IMG/VR virus record: IMGVR_UViG_3300043748_000039
Location: 7,899-71,898 of that record
Length of the DNA stretch: 64,000 nt
Reading direction: 5' to 3' (one strand)
Source of the DNA: a virus
Taxonomy: Duplodnaviria; Caudoviricetes
Position numbers and translations under genes: made by a program. The notes beneath the pieces were generated by a model that saw nothing but the letters and a program-made list of their open reading frames with translations, did not search any database and was not told the origin of the DNA. This document shows positions 17,925 to 28,018 of the stretch, in pieces (position 1 is the first letter of the stretch; each line of letters opens with the position of its first letter).

Positions 17925-20808
17925 TCCGGTACTCGGAATGTACCGGGCGAGTGTTGCGAACAATCAGGATCCGCTGAACGAAGCCCGCGTCACTCTGCTC
18001 ATCCCCCAGGTGCTCGGAAATGCCGAAAGCGCCTGGGCTGTTCCTGCATCCCCAACCAACACCATCCCGCCGATCGGCCAGACGGTATGGGTGCAGTTCT
18101 CCGGCGGAGACCTCACCAAGCCGGTGTACAACCCGCTCGGTATCAAGGAGACCCAGGACCAGGTGGACTCCGGCAGGCTGGACACGCTGCCGCCGAAGGA
18201 GCCCACTGCGCTCGGCCTGACCACGGTGCAGTACGTCACCCAGGAGGGAGTCACCCGGGCGCGCGTGACGGTGAGCTGGACTCCGCCGACCGAGAACCAG
18301 GACGGCACCACCCTCAACGACCTGGCCCACTACCTGCTCCAGACCTCTTATGACAACGCCAACTGGAGCGGCGGACTCACCACGACCGACGATGTGATCC
18401 TCCTCGACGGACTTAATACCGGCGTGACCTTCTACGTGAGGGTCCAAGCGGTCGACACCAGTAGCAACGCCTCCCTGTGGGCGGTCGCCAGCATCACCAC
18501 GGCGTCCTCGTCCAGCCCTCCTCCGGTGCCCTCCGCGCCGGGGGTCGTCGGCGTGCTCGGCGGCCTGCGCGTCACCTGGGACGGGAAGGACAACACGGGC
18601 ACCGCCATGCCCGCGATCTTCTCCCACGTGCAGGTGCAGCGCGACACCGACGTGAACTTCACGAACCCGGTCGTCGTCGGCTCCTTGCCCGGCCCGGACT
18701 TCCTCTACGACTCCGTCCAGAACTACGGCAGCGCCTACAACTACCGGCTGGTGGCCTACTCCAAGGTCGGCATAGCCTCCGCCCCCTCGGTCTCGCACTC
18801 GGACACGCCCAAGCAGGCCGGTACCGGGGACCTCGCCGTGAACTCGGTCACCGCCAACCAGATGGCGGTCGGGACGATCACCGCCCAGTCCGGGATCATC
18901 TCCTCCATCGACGGCGACCGCGCCACGATCACCAACATCAACGGCAGCAGCATCAAAGCCGACGCAATCAACACCAGCCACCTCGCACTCGGAGCCGTCA
19001 CCGGCAACCTGGTGACCAACGGGTCCTTCGAGGACACCTCCCGAGCAGGCTGGACCTTCAGCCAGAGCAGCGCCAGCGACGGCTTCCCGAAGATCGAGAT
19101 CGGACAGGGCACCGCCTCATCGCGGTCCGGCTCCGGAAAGGCTGCACTCGGAGCCAGCGGATCCGGCTGGGCCAAGATCACATCCGACGCATTCGCTGTC
19201 GTCGCCGGTTCGACCTACATGTTCCGATACTGGTACGCGGGCAACGGCCACCTCATGGTGACCTTCGAGACCAGCCCTGACGGAACTGTGTGGACGGATC
19301 AACTCGCCGGGTCCAACGACGTCACAAACGGTAGTTCCGTATACGCCGAGGACTTCTCCGAGGTAGTCATCCCTACGGGCGCGGTGTGGGCGCGGGTCTC
19401 GTTCAAGAACAACAACCCGGCGGGTTACGGACTCACCTCGGGCCAGTACTGGCTCACGGTCGACGACATCGTGGCGGTCCGCGAGGGGTACGGCGCCGTG
19501 GACATCACCCCCGGCGGTGTCCGGCTGTACGACTCCTCGGGCAACCTCAACACTGAGTTGAACTCGGCCAACTCCTACGCGACCTTCGCCGGAGGTGCAG
19601 CCTCCATCAACCCGGCGGGCAACGGCACCTTCAACTCTCTGTGGACCCCGCAGCGGCCCGCTGGTGCGGCCGACGACGATCCCACCGGACAGATCTGGTA
19701 CCAGGGCCAGGAACTGGGATCCCTACTGTGGAACATGCCGTGGGGCGTGGTCGCCTACGAGCGGGGCTGGACGAACAAGCCGAGCACCACCACCTTCTAC
19801 ACGAGCGAGTCCGGCATCATCGAGCTGGACTTCACGGCCGTCGAGGGCCGCATGTACCGCATCCGCGCGCAGTCGGTCTTCGAGTTCGACGGGGGCGCCT
19901 CGGCCTCTCCTGTCTCCATGGGTCAAACCCTGCGCGGGTCCGGGACCACCAGCAGCGTCAACGGCTGCACGATCCTCACCCCCAACGGAGCCAGCCCCAC
20001 CATCACCGACTGGACCTTCGGCCGGTCCTACAGCCTCGGCATCGACGGCATCGGCACAGACATGTACGCCTCCGTCGAGGCGTACATGGTGTGCTCTGCG
20101 GACGCGGGTGGCCTCTACGCTTCGACGTCCGCCCTGGCCCCCGGGGATCACCGGATCTTGTGGACTGGCTTCATCCACCACGGCACGGCGACCGGCTGGA
20201 AGCTGCTCAACTACCTCCAGGCGCAGTCCTCGGACTTCGTGATCGAGGACATCGGCCCGGCCGTCCACGAGGGCGGCGTGTACAACGCGGGCGGCGCAGT
20301 CGTGAACGCCACGAAGACCTACGTCAAGACGTACAACGCCACCTGGTCCCGGCGCTTCGGCAACGCGGGCTCCACCGACGGCACCGCCTACCAGGGCTAC
20401 TACTCCAGCACCTGGGGCACCCAGAAGTCCATGATCGGCTTCGGTACCGCGCCGTACACCGACATGGGCTCCACGGCGAAGGTGTCCAAGGTTGAGGTCT
20501 ACCTGTACGCCCGGCACTGGTACTACAACGCAGGCGGTACCGCGCACATCGGAACGCACACCCAGACCAACCCGCCCGGCTCGAACTCGTCGGCGAACAA
20601 CCTCACCGTCGCCAACTGGCCTGTGGGTGCAGGTAAATGGGTCACGCTGCCTTCGTCCTGGAATTCGGGTTGGAACGCAGCAAGCCCGTATCGTGGAATT
20701 ACGGTCGGTGGCGACCTGGGTTCCAGCACCGATAAAACCTACTACGGGTACTTCGACGGTGTCGGAGACGCCAACGTGCCGAAACTGCGCATTACCTACA
20801 CCAAGTGA
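17914..20808 (+). CDS. baseplate spike (gpV/gp5 OB-fold) fused to Fn3 and carbohydrate-binding-like modules
   Basis: N-term 'YRASVANNQDPLNEARVTLLIPQV...PPIGQTVWVQFSGGDLTKPV' is the gpV OB-fold; Fn3-like 'YVRVQAVDTSSNAS.W' and 'YNYRLVAYSK'; CBM-like 'LVTNGSFED'. Confidence 0.78.
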   Translation: MSADPVLGMYRASVANNQDPLNEARVTLLIPQVLGNAESAWAVPASPTNTIPPIGQTVWVQFSGGDLTKPVYNPLGIKETQDQVDSGRLDTLPPKEPTALGLTTVQYVTQEGVTRARVTVSWTPPTENQDGTTLNDLAHYLLQTSYDNANWSGGLTTTDDVILLDGLNTGVTFYVRVQAVDTSSNASLWAVASITTASSSSPPPVPSAPGVVGVLGGLRVTWDGKDNTGTAMPAIFSHVQVQRDTDVNFTNPVVVGSLPGPDFLYDSVQNYGSAYNYRLVAYSKVGIASAPSVSHSDTPKQAGTGDLAVNSVTANQMAVGTITAQSGIISSIDGDRATITNINGSSIKADAINTSHLALGAVTGNLVTNGSFEDTSRAGWTFSQSSASDGFPKIEIGQGTASSRSGSGKAALGASGSGWAKITSDAFAVVAGSTYMFRYWYAGNGHLMVTFETSPDGTVWTDQLAGSNDVTNGSSVYAEDFSEVVIPTGAVWARVSFKNNNPAGYGLTSGQYWLTVDDIVAVREGYGAVDITPGGVRLYDSSGNLNTELNSANSYATFAGGAASINPAGNGTFNSLWTPQRPAGAADDDPTGQIWYQGQELGSLLWNMPWGVVAYERGWTNKPSTTTFYTSESGIIELDFTAVEGRMYRIRAQSVFEFDGGASASPVSMGQTLRGSGTTSSVNGCTILTPNGASPTITDWTFGRSYSLGIDGIGTDMYASVEAYMVCSADAGGLYASTSALAPGDHRILWTGFIHHGTATGWKLLNYLQAQSSDFVIEDIGPAVHEGGVYNAGGAVVNATKTYVKTYNATWSRRFGNAGSTDGTAYQGYYSSTWGTQKSMIGFGTAPYTDMGSTAKVSKVEVYLYARHWYYNAGGTAHIGTHTQTNPPGSNSSANNLTVANWPVGAGKWVTLPSSWNSGWNAASPYRGITVGGDLGSSTDKTYYGYFDGVGDANVPKLRITYTK

Positions 20809-20820
20809 GGATGTTCCTTA

Positions 20821-21123
20821 ATGGCTGACATCACCGTCACCATCCCGGACGAGTACTGGCCTCGGGTGGCTGCCGCATTCCACGCCACCTACCCGGACAA
20901 CACCGAAACTCCGGATGTGGACCTGATCCAGATAGCCCTCAAGTCCTTGATCCGCGACGTCTGGGTCAGCGTCGAGCAGAGCGCCAACCAGAACGCGGCG
21001 GTCCCGCGCTACAACCAGACGGTGCAGGACTACAACGCGGCGCGGCAGGTGGTCGACGCCGACGTCCAGACGGAGAACGCCCAGGTCCTCGCAGATTCCC
21101 AGGACGCGTTCCCCGGCATCTGA
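20821..21123 (+). CDS. hypothetical protein (possible fibre/spike chaperone)
   Basis: 100 aa ORF with RBS, following spike gene. Confidence 0.65.
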   Translation: MADITVTIPDEYWPRVAAAFHATYPDNTETPDVDLIQIALKSLIRDVWVSVEQSANQNAAVPRYNQTVQDYNAARQVVDADVQTENAQVLADSQDAFPGI

Positions 21124-21173
21124 CGTAGAACTGGAACTGCAATCTGGGTAGGCATTCCTGGGAGAATGCAAGC

Positions 21174-21593
21174 ATGCCTACCGAGATTGCAGTTCCATTT
21201 CGTCTAGCGTCTGACGGTACTATCGCCGTCGAGACGAATCCGGACAGGCAGATCGCCCAGCATGTGAATGCGCTCGTCGGCACTCAGCCGGGGGAGCGGG
21301 TCATGCTCCCGGAATACGGGGTTCCCGTGGCTGATCTGCTTTTCGACCCTGACGCGTCCTTTGTCGCGCAGGAAATAAGCCGTGCCGTGACTACGGCATT
21401 CGACACGTACGAGCCTGGTGTGGTCCTCCAGCGAGCGACCCCTGTGCCGGACTCCTCCCAGCAGTCCCTTGCCCGGATCAAGGTCGACTACATCCGCCGC
21501 GAGGGCGGCACGACTCCGTCCAGCCTCGCATCCCAGACCAACACGGCCGTGGTCCGCGTGGGCGGCACCGTAAGCGAGGTCATCAGTGGCTGA
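21174..21593 (+). CDS. baseplate wedge protein (gp25/gpW-like)
   Basis: 'IAVPFRL...LVGTQPGERVMLPEYGV..DLLFDP...YEP'. Confidence 0.88.
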   Translation: MPTEIAVPFRLASDGTIAVETNPDRQIAQHVNALVGTQPGERVMLPEYGVPVADLLFDPDASFVAQEISRAVTTAFDTYEPGVVLQRATPVPDSSQQSLARIKVDYIRREGGTTPSSLASQTNTAVVRVGGTVSEVISG

Positions 21594-23058
21594 CAACCCG
21601 GCTATCGACTACACATCCCGGGACTACGAGGGATTCAAGTCGTCCCTGCTCGACTTCGCCTCCCGCGCCTTCCCCCAGTGGGTGCCCTCCTCCGAGGGTG
21701 ACTTCGGCGTGATGTTGGTCGAGCTGTTCTCCTACCTCGGCGACTCCCTCTCCTACTACGGCGACCGCCTCCAGCAGGAGTCCTTCCTGCCGACCGCGAC
21801 GCAGCGACTGTCCCTGCTCCAGATAGCCGACCTGCTCGGCTACAGCCCGAGCAACGGCGTTCCCGCGACCGGCACCGTCACCTTCCAGACCTCGAACCCG
21901 GGCCCGGCCGTGACCGTGCCTGCGGGCACCCAGGTCGTCACCGACTTCATCGAGTCCATCGACTCGCCCGTCACCTACGAGACCGACCAGGACATCACCG
22001 TCCCGAAGAACGGCGGCACGGCGACCATCTCGGTCACCCAGGGCGTCACCCGCACCCAGGTCAACGTCGGTACCTCGACCGGCCTGCCGGTGCAGGAGTT
22101 CCGCCTGCCGGACGTACCGGTCATCGGCGGCACGGTCCAGGTGTTCGTGGACGACGTCGACACGCTCACCGAGTGGACCTACATCAACTACCTCGTGGAC
22201 GCCGACCCGTCCGACCGGGTCTTCACCACGTACCTCGACGACGCAGGTGCCACCTGGATCCGCTTCGGCGACAACCTCAACGGCACCATCCCGACCGTCA
22301 ACCTGACCGTCTACGCCACCTACCGCGTGGGCGGAGGGAAGGTCGGCAACGTGAACGCGGGCGTGGTCAACGCCATCGCCTCCAGCACACTGGCCGGTGT
22401 CACCGTCGCCCAGGACGCCAATGGCGGCGCGATCTCCTCGGCCATGTCCGGCGGAGCCGACCCGGAGACCAACGACCAGATCAGGGCCAACGCGCCGAGG
22501 ATCTTCCGCACGCAGGACCGCTGCGTCACCCTCGACGACTACTCCGACCTGGCGCTCACCATCCCGGGCATCGTCCGCGCGAACGCGGTGGCGTCGACCT
22601 ACACCTCGGTCTCGGTGTTCGTCATCGGCTCCGACGGAGGCCAGCCCAGCGCGACCACGCTCCAGAACGTGCAGTCCACCCTCCAGGCCAAAGCCCTGGC
22701 AGGCACCACGGTCACCGTGTCTGGCCCGACCACGGTCAAGGTGAACATCGGCAACTCCTCCAACCCGATCGTCGTCGAGTGCTGGCCCCGCTACTCCCGC
22801 GCGAGCGTGCTGTACGACGTGCAGCAGGCGATGAAGACGATGCTGTCCTTCGCCAACGTCGACTTCGGCATGCGCCTGACTCTCTCCGACTTCTACAAGA
22901 CGATCCTCGCGGTGGACGGCGTGCGCTACGCCGCGATCCCGATGGTCGCCCGCGCCGACGCAGCCCAGACCGGGACCGCCGACATCGTCATGCGCGCCTG
23001 GGAGATCCCGACGGTCGGCAACATCTCCAACATCACCATGACCGGAGGTATCGGCTGA
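21586..23058 (+). CDS. baseplate J-like protein
   Basis: 'IDYTSRDYEGFKSSL', 'DFGVMLVELFSYLGD', 'IRFGDNLNG.IP', 'GGADPET..QIR.NAP', 'RCVTLDDY'. Confidence 0.9.
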   Translation: MADNPAIDYTSRDYEGFKSSLLDFASRAFPQWVPSSEGDFGVMLVELFSYLGDSLSYYGDRLQQESFLPTATQRLSLLQIADLLGYSPSNGVPATGTVTFQTSNPGPAVTVPAGTQVVTDFIESIDSPVTYETDQDITVPKNGGTATISVTQGVTRTQVNVGTSTGLPVQEFRLPDVPVIGGTVQVFVDDVDTLTEWTYINYLVDADPSDRVFTTYLDDAGATWIRFGDNLNGTIPTVNLTVYATYRVGGGKVGNVNAGVVNAIASSTLAGVTVAQDANGGAISSAMSGGADPETNDQIRANAPRIFRTQDRCVTLDDYSDLALTIPGIVRANAVASTYTSVSVFVIGSDGGQPSATTLQNVQSTLQAKALAGTTVTVSGPTTVKVNIGNSSNPIVVECWPRYSRASVLYDVQQAMKTMLSFANVDFGMRLTLSDFYKTILAVDGVRYAAIPMVARADAAQTGTADIVMRAWEIPTVGNISNITMTGGIG

Positions 23059-23702
23059 TGGCCGCCGTCTACCCGAAGCAGTACAAGTCCTTCACCACGC
23101 ACAAGAACCTGGTGGAGGACATCGACGCTTCCCACGTCAACAACCTCCAGGACGAGGTGCTGGCCCTTCAGCAGACGCTGGGCATCCTGCCGCACCAGGA
23201 CACCACGCTGAAGATGAAGACCAACACCTGGTCCAGCGTGGGCGCCCGCATCAGCGCGGCCCAGCGCGGACAGGGAGTCCCGGCCGTGTTCCTCTCCAAG
23301 TCGGCCGACGCTATCCCGCGCCACTCCTCCCCACCGTTCTCGAAGAACATCTCTTTCCCCAAGCCCGGGTACGACCCGGAGGGCCTGTGGAACGGCTCCT
23401 CTATCACCGCCAACCGCACCGGCTTCTGGGTCATCACCGGCCGGGCCATCTGGTCCGGGTGGAAGCCGTACACCAAGGCCCCGTATGCCGACCGCGAGAT
23501 CGACATCTGGGTGGGCGGGCAGCAGGTCGCCACGGTGGACAACCTGCCCAGCCCGGACGGCAATACGCACCAAATGATCACCTACCAAGGGTGGGTCAAC
23601 GCGGGCCAGAAGATCGAGTTGCACATGTACCACGACGTGGTCAACCAGACGCTGGGCGTGGTGAATCTCCACCTGGCAGCCCACATGGTCCGGGAGCACT
23701 AA
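23058..23702 (+). CDS. tail fibre / baseplate-associated protein
   Basis: ATG overlaps upstream TGA; 214 aa 'MAAVYPKQYKSF...DASHVNNLQDEVLALQQTLG' (3' part of track ORF 22173..23702). Confidence 0.7.
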   Translation: MAAVYPKQYKSFTTHKNLVEDIDASHVNNLQDEVLALQQTLGILPHQDTTLKMKTNTWSSVGARISAAQRGQGVPAVFLSKSADAIPRHSSPPFSKNISFPKPGYDPEGLWNGSSITANRTGFWVITGRAIWSGWKPYTKAPYADREIDIWVGGQQVATVDNLPSPDGNTHQMITYQGWVNAGQKIELHMYHDVVNQTLGVVNLHLAAHMVREH

Positions 23703-25754
23703 GTGGGTACCTACGGACAGTCGATCTACGGGCTGGCGACGTACGGGACGGACATCCATCCCGACTTCGACGTCAGCCCGTTCACAGCCACGCCCGTGGA
23801 CTACTCCACCGTGCTCCTGGACTGGAAGGCCCCGGCGGGTTCGTGGGACTCGCTGCGCCTGCTCCGCAACCGCTACGGCTGGGCCGTCAACGAGAACGAC
23901 GGCGAGATCCTGCTCGACCAGACGCACACCTCGACCTCGTTCGTCGACACCAACGTGGCGGGCGGGCACTGGCTGTACTACACCGTGTTCATCTCAGCGT
24001 CCGGCCAGTGGTCCCGCGCGGGCACCGTCTCCTGCCTCATGCCGAAGAACAACGGCTACACCGACCTGCTGTACAGCCTCGTCCCCGAGCACTACCGGAC
24101 CGACGTCCCGCCGGGGAACGCCGTCACCGACGACTCCAACACGACCAACCCGTACCTGAAGCCGTTCCTGTCGATCTTCGGGTTCGGGTTCGACATCGTG
24201 AAGTCGTACTACGACTCCAACCGCTACACCCACGACGCGATGCGGACCCGGTTCGAGAACGTCGCCCAGTTGGCCACGCAGTTCGGTATCCAGTACGAGG
24301 CGTCGGCGCCCGCCTACCTCTTCCGGCAGCGGGTGCGGGACGCAGCCACACTCGGCCGACAGAAGGGCACCCTGGAGCAGATCCGCTCGATCATCTCCGA
24401 GACCACCGGCTACGACTCCGACCTGCGCGTGGGCGTCAACCAGATGCTCAGCGACGACCAGGCCGACTTCGACCACCCCACCTTCCCCCAGTGGGATCCC
24501 GGAGTGAACTTCGCGGTCGGGGAGAAGGTCGAGTTCGGCTCCTACCTGTACCAGGCAGGCTCCTCCGGCGCATACGGCCAGTCGCAGGCACCGACCGGCA
24601 CCAGCTCGTCCAACGCCTACTGGACGGTGGTGCAGTACGGCACGGACTCCACGCTGGTCGACGCCAACGGGCACGTCGCCGGGTGGGAGGAGGTGTCCTA
24701 CACCGCAGGCGTCTCCCCGGGCAGCAACAGCGTCCTGGTAGGCATCGGTGTACAGAACCCGACCAACCCCTCGGACAACACCGGCAACGCGCTGTGGGTG
24801 CGCAACACCAACAGCGGCGGATCGGTCGCCACCATGGGCGTGCGCTCCGTCGGCCGCCTGTCCGGCCAGTCGACGATGGACCCGCAGCAGCCGGTCCTGT
24901 ACGGCATCCCCGTGCCGTACACGTGGCAGGTGTGGGACAGCGGCACCGAGTACGTACCCGGGGACATGGTTATCTACCACGGCCGTGTCTACCAGGCGCT
25001 CACCGCCAGCCTGAACGTGCTGCCTCCCATCACCGGCGGGACCGGGTACGGCCAGGGCACGTACGGCAGCGGGGTATACGGAGGCGGCGCTGCGGGCGAT
25101 CCCACCGCCGCGAACGCCCAGTGGGCGCCACTGGGTTACGACGACCGCGTGCAGATGTGCCTGTCCGGCTACGCGCAGGCGTACTCCGGCGAGCAGGTGA
25201 ACGTGTCCCCGTACATCGAGTACTACGACAGCCACGGCTCCCTGATCACTGCCCTGTACTCGGATGCCCTCCCCGCCTACACCGTTCTCGACTCCTTCAG
25301 TCAGGGCTGGTCCGACTGGAGCGGCCGGGCCACCGACCTGGGAGGCGCCACCTGGACCGAGACTCTGGGCCAGTGGACCTCCGGCGGCTACTCGGGTGGC
25401 TCGGCCTACCCGGTCGGCACGGCGTCGTCCATCGCCACCATCCCCGGCCATGCCGACGGCACGGTGTCAGCGACCTACCTGACCAACCCCGGCAACACCC
25501 TCAAGCAGGGTGTCATCTTCCGCCTCCAGGACTCCAGTAACTACTGGCGGGCCGGGCGCACCGCGCTGCACCTGATCCAGGCGGGTGCTGTCGCCGGGAC
25601 CTTCACCTACTCGACCGCCTTCTCGGACGGTGACCGGATCACGGCCGCCTTCTCCGGCAGCAACATCACGATCTACCGGAACGGATCCCAGGTGCTCACC
25701 ATCACCAACTCGACGCTCAGCACCGCCACCAAGGTCGGAATGGCGGTGACCTGA
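23703..25754 (+). CDS. baseplate wedge/tail protein with W-rich carbohydrate-binding-like repeats
   Basis: 683 aa; gpI-like 'LKPFLSIFGFGFD...RQKGTLEQIR'; 'WDPGVNFAVGEKV' and 'WDSGTEYVPGDMVIYHGRVYQA' resemble CBM5/12 modules. Confidence 0.7.
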   Translation: MGTYGQSIYGLATYGTDIHPDFDVSPFTATPVDYSTVLLDWKAPAGSWDSLRLLRNRYGWAVNENDGEILLDQTHTSTSFVDTNVAGGHWLYYTVFISASGQWSRAGTVSCLMPKNNGYTDLLYSLVPEHYRTDVPPGNAVTDDSNTTNPYLKPFLSIFGFGFDIVKSYYDSNRYTHDAMRTRFENVAQLATQFGIQYEASAPAYLFRQRVRDAATLGRQKGTLEQIRSIISETTGYDSDLRVGVNQMLSDDQADFDHPTFPQWDPGVNFAVGEKVEFGSYLYQAGSSGAYGQSQAPTGTSSSNAYWTVVQYGTDSTLVDANGHVAGWEEVSYTAGVSPGSNSVLVGIGVQNPTNPSDNTGNALWVRNTNSGGSVATMGVRSVGRLSGQSTMDPQQPVLYGIPVPYTWQVWDSGTEYVPGDMVIYHGRVYQALTASLNVLPPITGGTGYGQGTYGSGVYGGGAAGDPTAANAQWAPLGYDDRVQMCLSGYAQAYSGEQVNVSPYIEYYDSHGSLITALYSDALPAYTVLDSFSQGWSDWSGRATDLGGATWTETLGQWTSGGYSGGSAYPVGTASSIATIPGHADGTVSATYLTNPGNTLKQGVIFRLQDSSNYWRAGRTALHLIQAGAVAGTFTYSTAFSDGDRITAAFSGSNITIYRNGSQVLTITNSTLSTATKVGMAVT

Positions 25755-26989
25755 TGACCACGTATGACCTGAACGTCCTCACCTCTACCGACGACGACGA
25801 GATCCCGCCTGCTGTAAACGTCAGCGGCAGCATCGTCGTACGCGCGTACCGGGTTGCTCTGCCGACGCTCGACGGCTTTTTGTCCTTCGACGGCACCCTG
25901 GCCATCAAGATCCCGCGCCCCCAGCCCCTGGCTCCGGAGGCCGGGCAGATCTCCTTCCAGGGCCACCTCTCGGCCGGAGTGAAGGCGCCCGCTGCCGCGT
26001 TCAAGGACTTCTCCCACTACCCGTACCAGGGCGTCGACCCGGTCATGGCGTGGATGGGCGTCAACTCCGGCGCCCTGAAGTCGGCCCTCACCGGCTCCTA
26101 CAGCCGCCCCTACACCGCGTTCACCGGTCCCGTCGACTACCCGGTCTCCGGTGGCGGCTACGCCTGGAAGCGGGCCGCGTACGCGAGCGTGGGGTTCAAG
26201 TTCCAGTCCATGTCGGCGAACAAGCACCAGATCCTCGACGCCGTGCAGTTCGAGCCGCTGCCCCTGGCGTCGACCGGCCCGAGCGCGTACCAGAACGCGC
26301 GTGAGATCCAGGCCATCATCAAGCCGACCCGGCTGAACTACGCCTCGAACCCCAACTTCGAGAGCGGGCGAACCGGTTACAACCCGACCGGCCAGGCCAC
26401 GCACACCTCCGACGCGTTCTGCTGGCAGGGCACCCAGGCCCTGAAGGTCACCGTGCCCACCACGGCGACCTCGGACAGCGGCATGGCCTTCCAGGTCAAC
26501 GGCCTGATCCCGGGCCGTACGTACACCATGAGCGCCCGCGTGGCCATCGCCCAGGGCTGCGGGGACATCGCACCGTGGTCCGGCACCGGCTCGGTGCAGT
26601 TGGGCTCTGTGAAGTGGACGCAGGCGGCCGACCGGATGGACCCGAAGCAGAAGCGCTGGCGCACGATGTTCGTCACCTTCACGACTCCGTCGTCCTCGAT
26701 GTACGTCGGCATGAACGTCCTCAAGGGCACCATGACCCCGGGCCTGGCGAGCATCTTCTGGGTGGACGGTGTCCTGGTCGAGGAAGGCACCGCCGTCCGC
26801 GACTACTTCGACGGCTCTATGGGCTCCGACTACCTGTGGGAGCAGGGCGGCAGCGCGAACCTGGCCCGCTCGTACTTCTACGAGAACTACGTCGAGCGCA
26901 GTTACCTCATCCGAACGCTGCTCGAAGAGAATGTTCCCTTGGGAATCACGGCGGCCGTACCCCAGTACGCCGTTCTGCCGACCCAGTAA
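25754..26989 (+). CDS. minor tail protein with carbohydrate-binding-like domain
   Basis: 411 aa; 'NYASNPNFE', 'TYTMSARV', 'WVDGVLVEEG...YFDGS'. Confidence 0.7.
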   Translation: MTTYDLNVLTSTDDDEIPPAVNVSGSIVVRAYRVALPTLDGFLSFDGTLAIKIPRPQPLAPEAGQISFQGHLSAGVKAPAAAFKDFSHYPYQGVDPVMAWMGVNSGALKSALTGSYSRPYTAFTGPVDYPVSGGGYAWKRAAYASVGFKFQSMSANKHQILDAVQFEPLPLASTGPSAYQNAREIQAIIKPTRLNYASNPNFESGRTGYNPTGQATHTSDAFCWQGTQALKVTVPTTATSDSGMAFQVNGLIPGRTYTMSARVAIAQGCGDIAPWSGTGSVQLGSVKWTQAADRMDPKQKRWRTMFVTFTTPSSSMYVGMNVLKGTMTPGLASIFWVDGVLVEEGTAVRDYFDGSMGSDYLWEQGGSANLARSYFYENYVERSYLIRTLLEENVPLGITAAVPQYAVLPTQ

Positions 26990-27010
26990 CCACGACCCGT
27001 AAGGATCCCC

Positions 27011-27595
27011 ATGCTTACCAACTACGCCGACGCGGCCTCCCTCGCCGTCGGTCTGGTCCTGCCCGCCATCGTGGCGGTGTTCACCAAGCCGTCCACCAAC
27101 TCCACCGTGAAGGCTGTCACGCACGCCGTCCTGGCCGTCGCGACCGGCGCCCTGGCCGTCTACAAGCAGGACCCCTCGAACTTCGTGTGGGCGACCGCCG
27201 TGGTCGCTGCGTTCCTGGCCTGGCTCAGCGGCACCGCGTTCTACCACTCGTTGCTGAAGAAGTACTCGTGGTTCGCCGGGCTCCAGAACCTGTTCGCGGC
27301 CGAGGCCAAGATCTTCCTTAATACCGACGGCCGCCAGGTCGAGACGTACTTCGGGATCGCGCAGGCGGCCGAGGCGACCGACGACGCGGCAGAGATCGTC
27401 AACGACTTCCCCTTGAGCACCGACCTCGTCCAGTCCGGCGTCGAAGAGGCTGTCCACGCGGCCGAAGAGATCCCCGTCGTCGGCGAGGCCGTCCACAAGG
27501 CCGAGACCGTCGCCGTCCCGGCCATCGCAACCTTCATCGACAACACCGTCCCCGTCCAGCCGCAGACCGGCGGCCTGGGCCCGCGAGCGCTCTGA
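27011..27595 (+). CDS. putative holin
   Basis: Three hydrophobic N-terminal segments ('LAVGLVLPAIVAVF', 'AVTHAVLAVATGAL', 'FVWATAVVAAFLAWL') plus acidic tail; end of tail module. Confidence 0.65.
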   Translation: MLTNYADAASLAVGLVLPAIVAVFTKPSTNSTVKAVTHAVLAVATGALAVYKQDPSNFVWATAVVAAFLAWLSGTAFYHSLLKKYSWFAGLQNLFAAEAKIFLNTDGRQVETYFGIAQAAEATDDAAEIVNDFPLSTDLVQSGVEEAVHAAEEIPVVGEAVHKAETVAVPAIATFIDNTVPVQPQTGGLGPRAL

Positions 27596-27596
27596 C

Positions 27597-27884
27597 ATGG
27601 ACTGGTTCCGGCTGATACTCATCGCCTTCGCCACCTTCACCGCGTGGGAGTGGCTGCGCGACACACTCCCCTTCGCCCTCCCGGCCGCCCTCCAGCCGCT
27701 CGCGGTGGTGGGACTGGCCTACGAGGCGCAGCGCCTGCCTGGCCCCTGGTTGATGGCGGTGGCAGCGGCCGGAGTCGTCGCCCTGCTTCACGTCCAGGTC
27801 AGGGGCAACGCCGCCGACGCGGCCTCGCTGCGCCTGCCGCGCAGGCATCCGTCGACCGGGCGCAGGGTTCCTGACCTGCCCTGA
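27597..27884 (+). CDS. small membrane protein (possible lysis accessory)
   Basis: 95 aa, mostly hydrophobic, basic C-terminus. Confidence 0.6.
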   Translation: MDWFRLILIAFATFTAWEWLRDTLPFALPAALQPLAVVGLAYEAQRLPGPWLMAVAAAGVVALLHVQVRGNAADAASLRLPRRHPSTGRRVPDLP

Positions 27885-27906
27885 CCCGTCCCGCTTGTCA
27901 AGCGGA

Positions 27907-27939
27907 AAGAAAACCTCGCTAGACAAGCGGGGTTTTCTT
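27907..27939 (+). terminator. terminator ending the structural operon
   Basis: AAGAAAACCTCGCT / AGCGGGGTTTTCTT inverted repeat followed by GCTTTT. Confidence 0.75.
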
Positions 27940-27966
27940 GCTTTTAGAAGCCGTAATGGCTAAGGT
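27938..27966 (+). promoter_or_regulatory. sigma70/HrdB-like promoter with AGCCGTAAT site in spacer
   Basis: TTGCTT-N17-TAAGGT; spacer contains AGAAGCCGTAAT (27946-27957). Confidence 0.5.
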
Positions 27967-28018
27967 CTTCTCTGTCGCCGGGTACGGCGGCCACCACACA
28001 CCAACACCTGGAGCACAC

